From Obrimoposthia wandeli (Eukaryota): a stretch of 64,000 bases of DNA. Below the pieces are notes generated by a model. The model was given only the letters and a program-made list of their open reading frames with translations, had not been told where the DNA came from and made no database searches. The translations under genes and the position numbers were made by a program. Shown here one piece after another: positions 42,090-52,598 of this stretch. Position 1 is the first letter of the stretch; each line of letters starts with the position of its first letter. Where the stretch lies: assembly GCA_977020255.1 (NCBI GenBank), contig CDROCS010003914.1:248001-312000 (forward strand), written 5' to 3'.

Positions 42090-43358
42090 ATGTTGAGATC
42101 CCTTAAAGTGCGGCTTAACCCGTCATCCTTAAAATTTGCAAATGCAGTGGCTAAAGCGAGTTGTATGCTATTGCTGTTAGGTACATTTAACGTGACGTCT
42201 GCATTAGCGCTTACCTTACAAGCAACAGGGCAAGCAGTTATTGTGGAAGGTGATTTAAGCAGTGCTCGAAATATAGCTATAAAGCGTGCCAAACAGCAAG
42301 CAGCATTACAAGCGAGTGCTTATATCAGCACTCAACAGACCTTAGAACAAGGGGTTATCGTTCAAGATAAGCTTTCTATCGAGTCTTTAGCAAGTGTTGG
42401 TAAAGCAAAGGTGCTCAGTGAAAGTGTTAACGGTAATGTTTTGAGTGTTCTGCTCTCTGTTAACATAACCAGTCACAATAAGTGTGAAAATGGAAATAGT
42501 GGTAGCCAATATCGAAAGCGCGTCGCCATAACGGCTTTTCCTATGATCGTTCCCAGTCAATCTAAAATCGGAAACTTACGTAATATAGAATCGAGCTTAG
42601 CTTCTGAAATTACTAAGAGATTACTTAGAGACTCAAATTTAGAAGCTTTAAATGCAGGTAATCTAATGCTGCAAGCTAATCCAAGTACCGCAGCATCAGC
42701 GCAGTTACCGCAGGGGGCCCTTACCACTGTATTGCAACAAACTAGGCAGCTAAAAGTGCAATATGTTATCTCCGGTGTGGTGCGTGATATCGGTATGCTT
42801 ACGCCCAGCGTGTATCGCCAAAAGAATTATTTCATTGATAAATATAATAAGTATGATTATTTAAGTAGTAAGTACTTACGTGCTTTTGAAGTGGAAGTGT
42901 TTATTCACGATGGCTTGACAGGTTCGCTAATGAGCCAAAAGAGTTTTACAACTGCAGGGCTATGGGGAAATAATGATCGTCAAAAAATGGGTTTTGCTAG
43001 CGCTCCGTTTTGGCAATTGGATTATGGTAAACAAGTTAGCGATGAAATTGATAATATGGCGGACGAAGTAATTGCTCAGTTACGTTGCAGTGAGTTTTCA
43101 GTAGTTATTACTCGCGCAAGTGAAAACAAAATTTGGTTTAAAGCGGGCAGAGCGGCTGGTATTAAAACAGGGGATAAGTTCAAGGTATATCGAAGAGCGA
43201 CGTTTTATGATTATCAACAGAATCCAACCGTTGAGCTCAATGCAACATCATTAGTTTTAACCGTTAAAAAAGTACAAGCTAACTCTGCGGAAGGTACTTT
43301 AAATGGGTTTGCAGAACAAAGTAATATTCAAGCTGGTGATGTGCTGATGTCTAACTAA
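42090..43358 (+). CDS. flgT: Flagellar assembly protein FlgT family
   Basis: ATGQAVI..GD...AR..AI..A..QA; VISGVVRD; F.SAPFW..DYG; G...GIKTGDKFKVY; divergent from flgOP. Confidence 0.75.
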   Translation: MLRSLKVRLNPSSLKFANAVAKASCMLLLLGTFNVTSALALTLQATGQAVIVEGDLSSARNIAIKRAKQQAALQASAYISTQQTLEQGVIVQDKLSIESLASVGKAKVLSESVNGNVLSVLLSVNITSHNKCENGNSGSQYRKRVAITAFPMIVPSQSKIGNLRNIESSLASEITKRLLRDSNLEALNAGNLMLQANPSTAASAQLPQGALTTVLQQTRQLKVQYVISGVVRDIGMLTPSVYRQKNYFIDKYNKYDYLSSKYLRAFEVEVFIHDGLTGSLMSQKSFTTAGLWGNNDRQKMGFASAPFWQLDYGKQVSDEIDNMADEVIAQLRCSEFSVVITRASENKIWFKAGRAAGIKTGDKFKVYRRATFYDYQQNPTVELNATSLVLTVKKVQANSAEGTLNGFAEQSNIQAGDVLMSN

Positions 43359-43463
43359 CGGTTTTTTAAAGGGAGTAAGCTCGGATATACAAGAAAAAAA
43401 GCCTACATATAACTATGTAGGTTATTTATGTGGATTACTTGTTCTTAATAGAAAAATGCTAAA

Positions 43464-44123
43464 TTAGCTGCCGATGCCTTGTACTAATAACTCTACTCTA
43501 CGGTTACGGCTTCGACCAACACTTGTTTCGTTTGTATCTCTAGGCTGCAACTCACCACGGCCTTGCGTGTTTAAGCGGTTCGTTGATACTCCTCCTCCTG
43601 ATAAAAAGCGTTGTACTGAAATCGCTCTGCGTTCAGACAAATCTTGATTGTGGCTTTCTGTCCCTCTAGAGTCGGTATGGCCAACTATAGTGATCTTAGA
43701 GCTATTGTAATGTGACAACACTTGATTAACCTTGTTTAAAGAAGAGTGGAAAGAAGGTTTAACCAGTGCAGAGTTAGAGTCAAATGAAACACTATCATTT
43801 AACACTAATCGTAACGTGTCATCTTTAATACGTTCAATTTCAATTTCATTGAGACGTCGCTCTCTTTCAAGCTGTGCACGCATCGCGGCTTCCTGGCGAT
43901 CCATATAATTACCAATAGCGCCTCCAGCTGCTGCGCCTGCTAACGCGCCAATAATAATACCTTTATCGCGATTGCCATCATCATCCAATTGGCTACCGAG
44001 TAAAGCACCCACTAGCGCTCCACCTATCGCTCCGTATGTTGCCTTGCCATTCTCACCTTGGGTTGTTGCACAACCGCTTAAAATAACCAAAGGTAGCATT
44101 AAAATTGCTAGTTTTTTGCTCAT
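43464..44123 (-). CDS. OmpA-family lipoprotein with glycine zipper (YiaD-like)
   Basis: Lipobox LSGC; GA..GAL.G repeats; VGHTDSRG...NQDLSERRA; GR..NRRVEL. Confidence 0.9.
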   Translation of the reverse strand: MSKKLAILMLPLVILSGCATTQGENGKATYGAIGGALVGALLGSQLDDDGNRDKGIIIGALAGAAAGGAIGNYMDRQEAAMRAQLERERRLNEIEIERIKDDTLRLVLNDSVSFDSNSALVKPSFHSSLNKVNQVLSHYNSSKITIVGHTDSRGTESHNQDLSERRAISVQRFLSGGGVSTNRLNTQGRGELQPRDTNETSVGRSRNRRVELLVQGIGS

Positions 44124-44679
44124 AAAAAAGATCCTTTTATTTTCGCTTAATAGGGCTTGCTATTAAGTTATAGCAAAGCTTTATTGTAACTAGTTACTAA
44201 CCTTGACAGGGCAATTGATAGAAATGCCGTTTGAAAAAAGCTAGGAACTGTGTTTGATAACTGCAATTGAGAATCGATTATTAAAGTGATAATCAATGTG
44301 ATTGAGCTCTACGCAGGTTGTTAATATACGTTTCGTTTACTACCAAATACATTTTATATCAGCTTTTAGTAGAACAGTAGTTATAGCATCTAATATAGTC
44401 AATTTTGTAGCATAAATATCCAAAATTTTTGATTACAGAGAGTGTACATGAAAAAAATCCACTTAAGCGCTAGCCACTGTTATAAGCAATCGCTAGAATA
44501 CGGTCTGCAATTTTTATTCAGTCGATCTTTCTATTTTAACAATAAATAGAGAAGAGCAATATTTAACACCAATTTTTTATATGATAAGTCTTTTACGTTT
44601 CACCTTAATTACAAATAATTATAGTGCAGCGCAAAGATAATTAGCTAGTTTATAAATCACCTTATTGAGGAGCGCTTTT

Positions 44680-46596
44680 TTGTCACATCTACCTATTATT
44701 GTTGGATTTGGTGGTATCAATCCAGCTGGAAGAAGCTCTTTTCACCACAGCTACCGACGCTTAATTATAGAAAAATTATCCGTTGAGGAACGCGCCGCTA
44801 CATTACTATCACTGGCGACTTTAAGTAATTTAGTGACAGTAATTCCAGGCGAAGATAGTTACCAAACCGCTCAAGGTGATTTTAGCTCTCTTGAAACGCT
44901 ACTGGAAAATATAAGTGAGCAGGTCTTGAATAACTCACTCATTAGAAGAATTGCTAAAGATCACTTTGATGTTGATGCCATAGTGCAAAATAAAGCCGTT
45001 TCTTTAAAAAGTGATGAGGCGATTACCTTTACGTTAACTAAGCGCCAGTTACCTAATGTAATTCCCAAGAATTGGCAAGTTGTGGAAAATTCAAAACACA
45101 ACTTTGACGTCACTGTAAATGGAGAGTTACCCGTAATATTACCCGACAGCAAGCCAAGTGCTGTAAAAACCGCTGGGCAATTGCCGACAGGGTTTGAACC
45201 TGGGAAATTGTATCAATCTCGCAACCATCCGCGTAATTTGCAGATGACTATATATGCAGCGTCCGATGCGGTTAGTTCTTGTGGTATCGATTTTCAAGTG
45301 ATTGCCGATGCTGTGTCCCCAGATGATATTGCTGTGTATGCCAGTAACTCTATCGGCCAGTTAGATGATTTAGGTTTTGGCGGGCTAACTAAATACCCAA
45401 GTATTGGCAAGCGTATTACTTCAAAACAAATGCCCTTAGGTTACGCGCAAATGCCAGCAGATTTTGTAAATGCCTATGTGATTGGTAATGTTGGTAGTAC
45501 AGGAGGGTCACTTGGAGCCTGTGCGACATTTCTTTATAACTTGCGCAACGCTGTGCAGGATATAAAAGAAGGGCGCAAAAAAGTGGTATTAGTGGGGGGT
45601 AGTGATGCACCTATTACACCAGAGGTGATTGAAGGTTTTCGTACCATGGGAGCACTAGCCGAAGATAAGGATTTAAAGATCTTAGATAATGTTGAAGAGC
45701 TTAGTGAACAGCATTATCGTGACTCATGTCGCCCTTTTGCTGAGAACTGCGGTTTCACCATAGGTGAGTCTAGTCAATTCGTATTGTTGATGAATGATGA
45801 ATTAGCGCTTGAGTTAGGTGCGCAGATTTATGGAGCAGTGCCTGATGTGTTTGTAAACGCAGACGGACATAAAAAATCAATTTCAGCGCCTGGCATTGGC
45901 AACTACATAACGTTAAGTAAGTCTGCGGCATTGATAAGTAGCCTGTTGGGAGAGGAGTCTCTACAGCAACGCTCATTTGTACAAGCACATGGCACTAGCA
46001 CACCGCAAAATAGAGTGACAGAATCACATGTTATTAATGAAGTAGCGAAAGCTTTCGCGATTAAGCAGTGGCCTGTGGCTGCGGTTAAATGTTATTTAGG
46101 GCATTCTCAAGGCACAGCGGGTGGCGATCAGTTAAGTAGTTCACTAGGTATCTGGAGTTACGGTTTTATACCCGGAATTGCGACGAGTCAGAGTTTTGCC
46201 AGCGATGTACATCAAAGTAATTTATTGTTATCAAAAGAGCATATCGAAGTTGGCGTGACAGGAATGGACGCGGTTATCCTGAACTCCAAAGGTTTTGGCG
46301 GTAATAATGCAAGTGCACCCGTTATCGGTCCACATATTGTTAAGCAAATGCTCGAACATAAATATGGCAGCGATAAGCTTGTATTGTGGCAAGAGTTAAA
46401 TAAGATTGTTGATGCTAAGGCACAGGCATATGATAAAAGTGCCATGCGGGGTGAAGTAGCACCTAGCTACAAGTTTAATCACAATGTACTAGAAGGTGCA
46501 GACCTGCATATTACCAATAGTAGTATCAGCATACCTGGTTATAAACAAAAGGTTGTAATCAATAAACCTCATTCTTTTAATGAATATTGCAAATAG
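44680..46596 (+). CDS. fabY: Beta-ketoacyl-ACP synthase, FabY type (TTG start after GAGGAG)
   Basis: LPIIVGFGGINPAGRSSFHH; GQLPTGFEPG.LY.SR.HPR; GACATFLYN; NADG.KKSISAPG; NSKGFGGNNAS, closely following recalled P. aeruginosa FabY. Confidence 0.85.
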   Translation: MSHLPIIVGFGGINPAGRSSFHHSYRRLIIEKLSVEERAATLLSLATLSNLVTVIPGEDSYQTAQGDFSSLETLLENISEQVLNNSLIRRIAKDHFDVDAIVQNKAVSLKSDEAITFTLTKRQLPNVIPKNWQVVENSKHNFDVTVNGELPVILPDSKPSAVKTAGQLPTGFEPGKLYQSRNHPRNLQMTIYAASDAVSSCGIDFQVIADAVSPDDIAVYASNSIGQLDDLGFGGLTKYPSIGKRITSKQMPLGYAQMPADFVNAYVIGNVGSTGGSLGACATFLYNLRNAVQDIKEGRKKVVLVGGSDAPITPEVIEGFRTMGALAEDKDLKILDNVEELSEQHYRDSCRPFAENCGFTIGESSQFVLLMNDELALELGAQIYGAVPDVFVNADGHKKSISAPGIGNYITLSKSAALISSLLGEESLQQRSFVQAHGTSTPQNRVTESHVINEVAKAFAIKQWPVAAVKCYLGHSQGTAGGDQLSSSLGIWSYGFIPGIATSQSFASDVHQSNLLLSKEHIEVGVTGMDAVILNSKGFGGNNASAPVIGPHIVKQMLEHKYGSDKLVLWQELNKIVDAKAQAYDKSAMRGEVAPSYKFNHNVLEGADLHITNSSISIPGYKQKVVINKPHSFNEYCK

Positions 46597-46618
46597 CAGA
46601 GCTAAAGGAAACAGCACC

Positions 46619-47062
46619 ATGAAACTTATTTTCACACAGGCTTCAGTCTTGATAAAACTACCTTTGTTGTTATTGATAGGGTTGCTAAGTGCTTGCAGCA
46701 TGTCACCTCAGCTGCTTAACAATGAGCCGTTTAATTTTTACATACTAAATTCACATACAGGATCATATTGCCAAGGATATGACAACCAAGAATTAAAAGG
46801 GCCATGTAAATCATTAACTCAAACAGCTTTCCATTACAGCGAAGTAAAAGTGATTGAAAATATTTACCAACAAAAAATTAAAGAACCGAATAGAGTCGGC
46901 AGCTTAATAGGTATTTTGCTTGCAGGAGATAACTTAAACTACCAAGTTACTGAACTTGAGCAAGAAGGTGTATTTCAACTCCCTATTAATCAACAAACGG
47001 ATACGGTTTGGAATGTGTTGGTGAAGATCGATTCTTTATTAAATAGAAAAAGCTCATATTAG
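46619..47062 (+). CDS. Hypothetical lipoprotein
   Basis: Hydrophobic leader and lipobox LSAC. Confidence 0.6.
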   Translation: MKLIFTQASVLIKLPLLLLIGLLSACSMSPQLLNNEPFNFYILNSHTGSYCQGYDNQELKGPCKSLTQTAFHYSEVKVIENIYQQKIKEPNRVGSLIGILLAGDNLNYQVTELEQEGVFQLPINQQTDTVWNVLVKIDSLLNRKSSY

Positions 47063-47079
47063 GTTCGGTTGCTAAAACA

Positions 47080-47880
47080 TTACCAACTCTTAGCTGCTAA
47101 ATCTTCTTTTAGATGAAGGCAACTACGAGTATTTAGCGCTACCTGTTCTGCTATTTCTAGTGCGGGCTCGTTACGTAATTTATAGAGTACATCTGCTATT
47201 TGCGAGATATTAGCGGGCTGGTTATATGTTTCTAACATGTTAATCAGCGGCATATCTGGAGAGTCGGTTTCTAAAACAATATCTGTTAACGGTAATTGAG
47301 CCGCTAAAGCGCGTAGTTTAGTGGCGCGTGGATGCGTAATAGCCCCACCAAACCCAAGTTTAAATCCAAAATCTTGCGTATAGCGATTCGCTTGCACAGT
47401 ACTGCCATTAAACGCGTGCACAATACCTCCTTCTGCAAAACCAGTCTTTTTAAGCATAGATAGCACTTGATCATGCGCTTTACGCACATGTAGTAAAATA
47501 GGTAATTTAAATCGCTTGGCGATTGTAAGCTGTGCGTTAAATAACTCAATTTGAGCACTCTTTGCATCATTATCAGAGGTTATAAAAAAATCTAAGCCTA
47601 TTTCTCCCACAGCACTCGGGCTGTGCATAGCTATATTGTCACTCAGTAGTGCTAGATGTTGTTGCTGGTGTTGGTGCATGAAACAAGGATGCATGCCTAA
47701 GGAAAAATGGATATTGTTATGTGCGTTTGCCAAATTAATCACGGCATTAAAATTATCGGCACTGACGCTGGGCACAACAAACTCGGTTACTTTTTGGTGA
47801 TAGGCTCGTTGTAGTATTTTCGTTAATTGATTGTGTAACACGGGAAAATCTAAGTGGCAGTGGCTATCAATAAACGACAT
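47080..47880 (-). CDS. TatD-family hydrolase (YjjV-like)
   Basis: IDSHCHLD; AVGEIGLDF; LHVRKAH; HAFNGS; LETDSPDM. Confidence 0.92.
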   Translation of the reverse strand: MSFIDSHCHLDFPVLHNQLTKILQRAYHQKVTEFVVPSVSADNFNAVINLANAHNNIHFSLGMHPCFMHQHQQQHLALLSDNIAMHSPSAVGEIGLDFFITSDNDAKSAQIELFNAQLTIAKRFKLPILLHVRKAHDQVLSMLKKTGFAEGGIVHAFNGSTVQANRYTQDFGFKLGFGGAITHPRATKLRALAAQLPLTDIVLETDSPDMPLINMLETYNQPANISQIADVLYKLRNEPALEIAEQVALNTRSCLHLKEDLAAKSW

Positions 47881-47962
47881 ATCTATTAACCTTGTACTTA
47901 AATATTGGTGGTAGGCAGATGATTTTCTGAAAAACTAAAAATAAGCCAGCTAGTTTATTAAC

Positions 47963-48125
47963 TAGTGCCCATCCAGAAACGGATGTCTACTGCGAACGCC
48001 TCACTAACTCAATCTACTCACTACTAGATATAGTTGTTTGGAATAACCAAACGCCCACATCTAGTAGTACGTATCTTGAATCATTGAGACGCTCTCGTGA
48101 CGACCCCGTTTCAGGATGAGCACTA
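47963..48125. other. 163-bp self-complementary element (MITE or structured RNA)
   Basis: 20-bp TIRs tagtgcccatccagaaacgg / ccgtttcaggatgagcacta (18/20); nested stems actactagat/atctagtagt and gtttgg/ccaaac. Confidence 0.7.
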
Positions 48126-48168
48126 ATTAGTTGGCTATAAAACGAGATTTATGAATAAACTAGGCTGG

Positions 48169-49755
48169 TTAATGCTCGCGTGTTGCTCTAAAGCGAACAT
48201 CGGGCCAGCGCTCTTCTGTCAAGCTAAGGTTGATACGCGTAGGTGCAAGGTAAGTTAGTAAACCACCTCCATCAATTGCCAAGTTATCGTTGGCTTTACG
48301 GTTTAGCTCTTCCAGCATTTTAGCATCGTCACATTCAACCCAACGTGCTGTTTGCACGGTAATGGTTTCATATAAACAATCTACTTTGTACTCATCTTTG
48401 AGGCGAAACATAACTACTTCAAACTGCAAAATACCGACAGCGCCTAACACCAAATCGTTATTCTTTAGTGGCTGAAACAACTGTACAGCGCCTTCTTCTG
48501 ATAACTGTTGTAAGCCTTTGCGCAATTGTTTCGCTTTGAGTGGATCAACCGAGCGTACCCGTTTAAATAACTCTGGTGCAAAATGTGGTATACCAGTGAA
48601 TTTTAGTTCTTCACCTTCAGTGAAAGTATCGCCTATTTGAATAGTACCGTGATTATGTAAACCAATAATATCCCCAGACCAAGCTTGATCAACGCTCTCG
48701 CGATCGCCAGCTAAGAAAGTTACCGCATCAGCAATTTTGACATCTTTCTTAATTCTGCAATGGCGCATCTTCATGCCTTTGCTGTAATTGCCGGAACAAA
48801 TGCGCATAAAGGCAATTCTATCGCGATGTTTTGGGTCCATATTCGCTTGAATCTTAAATATAAAGCCAGAAAACTTCTCTTCAGCGGCTTCAACAACTCG
48901 GCTCACTGTTGATCTAGAGATCGGTGGTGGAGCAAAGTTTGTATAACCATCGAGCATTTCTTTGACGCCGAAGTTACCTAAAGCCGTACCAAAAAATACA
49001 GGGGTTTGTTTGCCTGCTAAAAATAATTCACGATCAAATGTGTTAGTAGCGCCTTTAACGAGCTCTATTTCGTCAACAAAATCATCATATAAATCGCCAA
49101 GCAGTGCTCTAGCCTCATCAGAGTCAAGACCTTTAATACGCACATCTTCAGGCAAAATAGCGCCTTGACCTGCTTTGTAAACGTGAATTTCATCGTTAAC
49201 TAAATTGTACACGCCTTTAAAAAAGCTACTCATACCGATCGGCCAATTTATAGGCGCAGCCGCAATTTTTAAAACCTCTTCGATTTCATCAAGTAAATCG
49301 ATAGGGTCGCGTATGTCGCGGTCCATTTTGTTAACAAAAGAAAAGATCGGCGTATCACGTAAACGACAAACTTCCATTAACTTAATGGTTCGATCTTCTA
49401 CCCCTTTAGCACCATCAACCACCATTAAGGCGCTATCGACAGCAGTAAGAGTACGATAAGTATCTTCAGAGAAATCTTCGTGACCTGGAGTATCGAGTAA
49501 GTTTACAACTTTATTATTCCAGAAAAACTGCATAACAGATGAGGTGATGGATATCCCACGATCTTGCTCCATCGTCATCCAATCAGAGGTGGCATGTCTA
49601 TCGCTTTTCTTGCCCTTAACGGTACCTGCTTTTTGGATCAGGTTACCCAGCAGTATCAGTTTTTCGGTGATCGTTGTCTTACCCGCATCGGGGTGAGAAA
49701 TAATTGCGAACGTGCGTCTTAAGCTAACTTCGTTTGATGTTTCAGTATTAGTCAT
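48169..49755 (-). CDS. prfC: Peptide chain release factor 3
   Basis: [16 protein letters not shown]; [18 protein letters not shown]; start adjusted from 49836. Confidence 0.98.
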   Translation of the reverse strand: MTNTETSNEVSLRRTFAIISHPDAGKTTITEKLILLGNLIQKAGTVKGKKSDRHATSDWMTMEQDRGISITSSVMQFFWNNKVVNLLDTPGHEDFSEDTYRTLTAVDSALMVVDGAKGVEDRTIKLMEVCRLRDTPIFSFVNKMDRDIRDPIDLLDEIEEVLKIAAAPINWPIGMSSFFKGVYNLVNDEIHVYKAGQGAILPEDVRIKGLDSDEARALLGDLYDDFVDEIELVKGATNTFDRELFLAGKQTPVFFGTALGNFGVKEMLDGYTNFAPPPISRSTVSRVVEAAEEKFSGFIFKIQANMDPKHRDRIAFMRICSGNYSKGMKMRHCRIKKDVKIADAVTFLAGDRESVDQAWSGDIIGLHNHGTIQIGDTFTEGEELKFTGIPHFAPELFKRVRSVDPLKAKQLRKGLQQLSEEGAVQLFQPLKNNDLVLGAVGILQFEVVMFRLKDEYKVDCLYETITVQTARWVECDDAKMLEELNRKANDNLAIDGGGLLTYLAPTRINLSLTEERWPDVRFRATREH

Positions 49756-50157
49756 TTTTAAGTTCTTGGTATGTGTACACAGCATCGTACACAAATAAAA
49801 TGTAACTAAGGCTGAGAGGGAATTAGAAGGGTGCAATTATAATCAATTTTTGAGTACTTTGCGCCACTCTTTACACATCTATATAGGATAGTGTAGAACG
49901 AGCGTCAATATTTAGGATAAGTAGTGCGTTTAGGTAATTAGTTTGGGGCCGATGGTCAGTGTTTTAACACTAAAATTTAACTAAGGTAAATCAGCCTTTA
50001 TATTTTGTTTATGAATCCGGCTCTAATCGGCTTTGTTAGTTCAGAAAATTCTAATAGAGTTAAGATGAAAATAGTTTCATCGTGCAATAATACTCCAATC
50101 GCCATCTACTTGTGAACAGACATTGCTCTAAATCGATGCAATCTTTCTACCGAATAT

Positions 50158-50311
50158 CATTGCTGTCCGGTTAAAAAATGTAAGCCCTCTAACTCATTGA
50201 TTTGTGGTTTTCAATCATGGATAAATAGATGTTTTTTTAACTAAAGTGTATTTGCCGTTAACGTAAAATCAATGAGTTAGAGAGCAACAAAAATTAAACC
50301 GGACACTAATG
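50158..50311. mobile_element. MITE family B, copy 3, perfect 9-bp TSD ACCGAATAT
   Basis: cattgctgtccggttaa ... ttaaaccggacactaatg; accgaatat at 50149-50157 and 50312-50320. Confidence 0.9.
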
Positions 50312-50613
50312 ACCGAATATAATAGATTTGTGAAACTTATGCCGTGTAAATTCGACGTTATTCATGGTTCTTTGATGGCATAATATAAGCAGATGATAGT
50401 GTTGTGTTCCAAATAATTATCCGCCGACGACTTATTGTCGGTGCTCTAGCTCTTCGAGTATATTTTGCAGAGCGCTCCAGAAAAAAACCAATATACGTCT
50501 TTATCATTTCTTGAGAAATTCAAGCTCGCTATATAGCTGGTCTGCATTCAGAAGTCGTTAGATAATACTAGCGCCTCTCAAAATAAAAACCACAGATGTT
50601 AAAGAATAGTGAT

Positions 50614-50907
50614 TCATGCAGGGTCATTAATACAGCATTCATCTTTAAGGAAATCAATCAGCTCATCAAGTTCGTTAAATTGCGGTACACAAAAAAGAGT
50701 GCGTCCTTCGCGGCGTTGTTTAACTAACCCAACGGATACAAGGCGTGTTATATGGTGGGATAGTGTAGAGGCGGGAATATCAAGTGCGACTTGAATTTCA
50801 CCAACAGGGACGCCTTGATGTCCCCCTTTTACTAAGTAGCGGAAAATTCCCAAGCGAGTAGCGTGCCCTAATTCAGCTAATCGTTTAGCTGCAGTATCAA
50901 TTATCAT
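50614..50907 (-). CDS. ArsR/SmtB-family regulator
   Basis: LAELGHATRLGIFRYLV; STLSHHI; C-terminal DECC. Confidence 0.9.
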   Translation of the reverse strand: MIIDTAAKRLAELGHATRLGIFRYLVKGGHQGVPVGEIQVALDIPASTLSHHITRLVSVGLVKQRREGRTLFCVPQFNELDELIDFLKDECCINDPA

Positions 50908-50926
50908 TGTATTGTCCTATAAAAAT

Positions 50927-51002
50927 ATATTTCCATAATACTCGAAATATATTGACTTGGCAAAGTACTTGAAACATTATAGTTCGACAATTACGGAAGT
51001 AT
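50927..51002. promoter_or_regulatory. Two related 24-bp imperfect palindromes, probable ArsR operators
   Basis: atatttccataatactcgaaatat (50927-50950); the reverse complement matches atagttcgacaattacggaagtat (50979-51002) at 19/24. Confidence 0.6.
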
Positions 51003-51111
51003 TATTAAGCAACTGTGCTTGAAGATGCAGTTACTCAATAGTGTTTGTGCAAAATTAATTCTATATTATTGGAATTATAGAAGTATATGGTAATAGGGAG
51101 GAGGTCAAAAA

Positions 51112-52059
51112 ATGTACGATTTTTTAACAGATGAAAACTTTCAAACGATGCTGTGGAGCAGCGCTGAAATGTTTATAAAATTATTTGCTGAGTTGACCGT
51201 GCTGTTTTTAGTAATAAGTTATGCTGTGGCATTAATAAACCAACAGTTGCCTGCACAGAAAATTCAGCGCTTGCTGGGTGGCCGTAACGGTCGAGGCTAT
51301 TTAACAGCAGCTGGGCTAGGGGCTTTGACGCCATTTTGTAGTTGCTCAACTATACCTATGTTGATTGGGTTATTAAAAGCGAGGGCGGGATTTGGACCTA
51401 CCATGACCTTTTTGTTCACCTCTCCTTTATTGAATCCTATCGTTATTGCATTGTTTATCCCAGTATTGGGATTACAAGTAACAATATGGTATGCAATATT
51501 AGCGTTAAGTACATCAATCATGGCGGGAATACTTTTACAGTTTTTAGGGTTTGATCGTTATATTAAGCAATCTATGTTGGAAGGTCCAAAGGGTAGCTGT
51601 AGTACCAAGTCTAGTGAAGGTTGTGGGGAATCGAAAACAGTGATTCAGTCTAAGTGGAAAATAGCGTGGCAAGAAAGTAGTTCACTGTTTGTTTCAATGT
51701 TTCCTTACATGTTCATTGCGATGCTAATTGGTTCGTTAGTACACGGTTTTGTACCTGCTAACTTCTTTGCACAAGTTGCTAGTGCCGATAATCCAGCGGC
51801 GATACCCACTGCTGCGCTTATCGGTATACCTTTATATATTAGAGTCACTGCACTGCTACCATTAGTTGGCTCTTTCATAGCTAAAGGAGTCAGTATGGGG
51901 GCCATTATTGCGCTAGTTATAGGCAGTGGCGGGGCTAGCCTTCCAGAAATGATTTTACTTAAGCGCTTATTCTACTGGCCTTTGATGATAGCTTTCCTAT
52001 TGGTTATTTTTAGCATGGCGGTAATTGGTGGTTTTTCTTTCAACTACTTTTTTAGTTAA
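51112..52059 (+). CDS. Permease, DUF318/ArsP family
   Basis: TPFCSCSTIP; FLFTSPLLNP; IGIPLY; GASLPE. Confidence 0.85.
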   Translation: MYDFLTDENFQTMLWSSAEMFIKLFAELTVLFLVISYAVALINQQLPAQKIQRLLGGRNGRGYLTAAGLGALTPFCSCSTIPMLIGLLKARAGFGPTMTFLFTSPLLNPIVIALFIPVLGLQVTIWYAILALSTSIMAGILLQFLGFDRYIKQSMLEGPKGSCSTKSSEGCGESKTVIQSKWKIAWQESSSLFVSMFPYMFIAMLIGSLVHGFVPANFFAQVASADNPAAIPTAALIGIPLYIRVTALLPLVGSFIAKGVSMGAIIALVIGSGGASLPEMILLKRLFYWPLMIAFLLVIFSMAVIGGFSFNYFFS

Positions 52060-52105
52060 GTGTACTCACTTGTGATGAAACTTAATATCTAGTTTTTCAG
52101 TTGGA

Positions 52106-52152
52106 TTTAGAGTATCGGTTTAGTTTTCGTTACTCTCTAACTCATTGATTTT
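52106..52152. repeat. Degenerate half copy of MITE family B
   Basis: ttagagtatcggtttagttttcgttactctctaactcattgatttt resembles one MITE-B end (ttagtgtccggtttaatttttgttgctctctaactcattgatttt). Confidence 0.55.
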
Positions 52153-52598
52153 GCTTTAACGAAAAGTATTATGATACTGGCAGAGAGTGCCGACTTAAGC
52201 ATGACAGAGAGTCATAGGCCATGAGATAGAGGGCTAACATTTTTACTGAAGAGTAATGAAAAGATTATCTGCTTTAATGGTAGTGTTGAAAATAGAGTTT
52301 CTATTCCCTAGTTTCCTTGATTTTTATGCTGCCTGAAATATTTTGGTAATAATGCTCAAAAATCACCTAAAAATGATGATATTTCCAAAACCTTAATGAG
52401 TTTTGGTTAAGCCTAGTAAGTTTAAGCTAATATATAAAACAATTGTTTATAACTAATGATGTATTTATTAATAATTAGATGGAAAAATAATCGGTAATTT
52501 AATAAATTGTTGGTAGGTAGTATCTATAGCAGGGAAATAGACCTTCCCGAATATTTGTTTTACAGCAAGTCTTCAAAGAAAAAAACTAGGGAAAGTTA

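Noticed and set aside
47963-48125. Calling this element 6S RNA (ssrS)
   Set aside because: It lacks recognisable 6S conserved segments and the usual zapA/ygfA context, so it is left as an unassigned element.
50330-50600. Possible degraded ORF between MITE-B copy 3 and arsR
   Set aside because: All frames are short or interrupted and no family motif was recognised.
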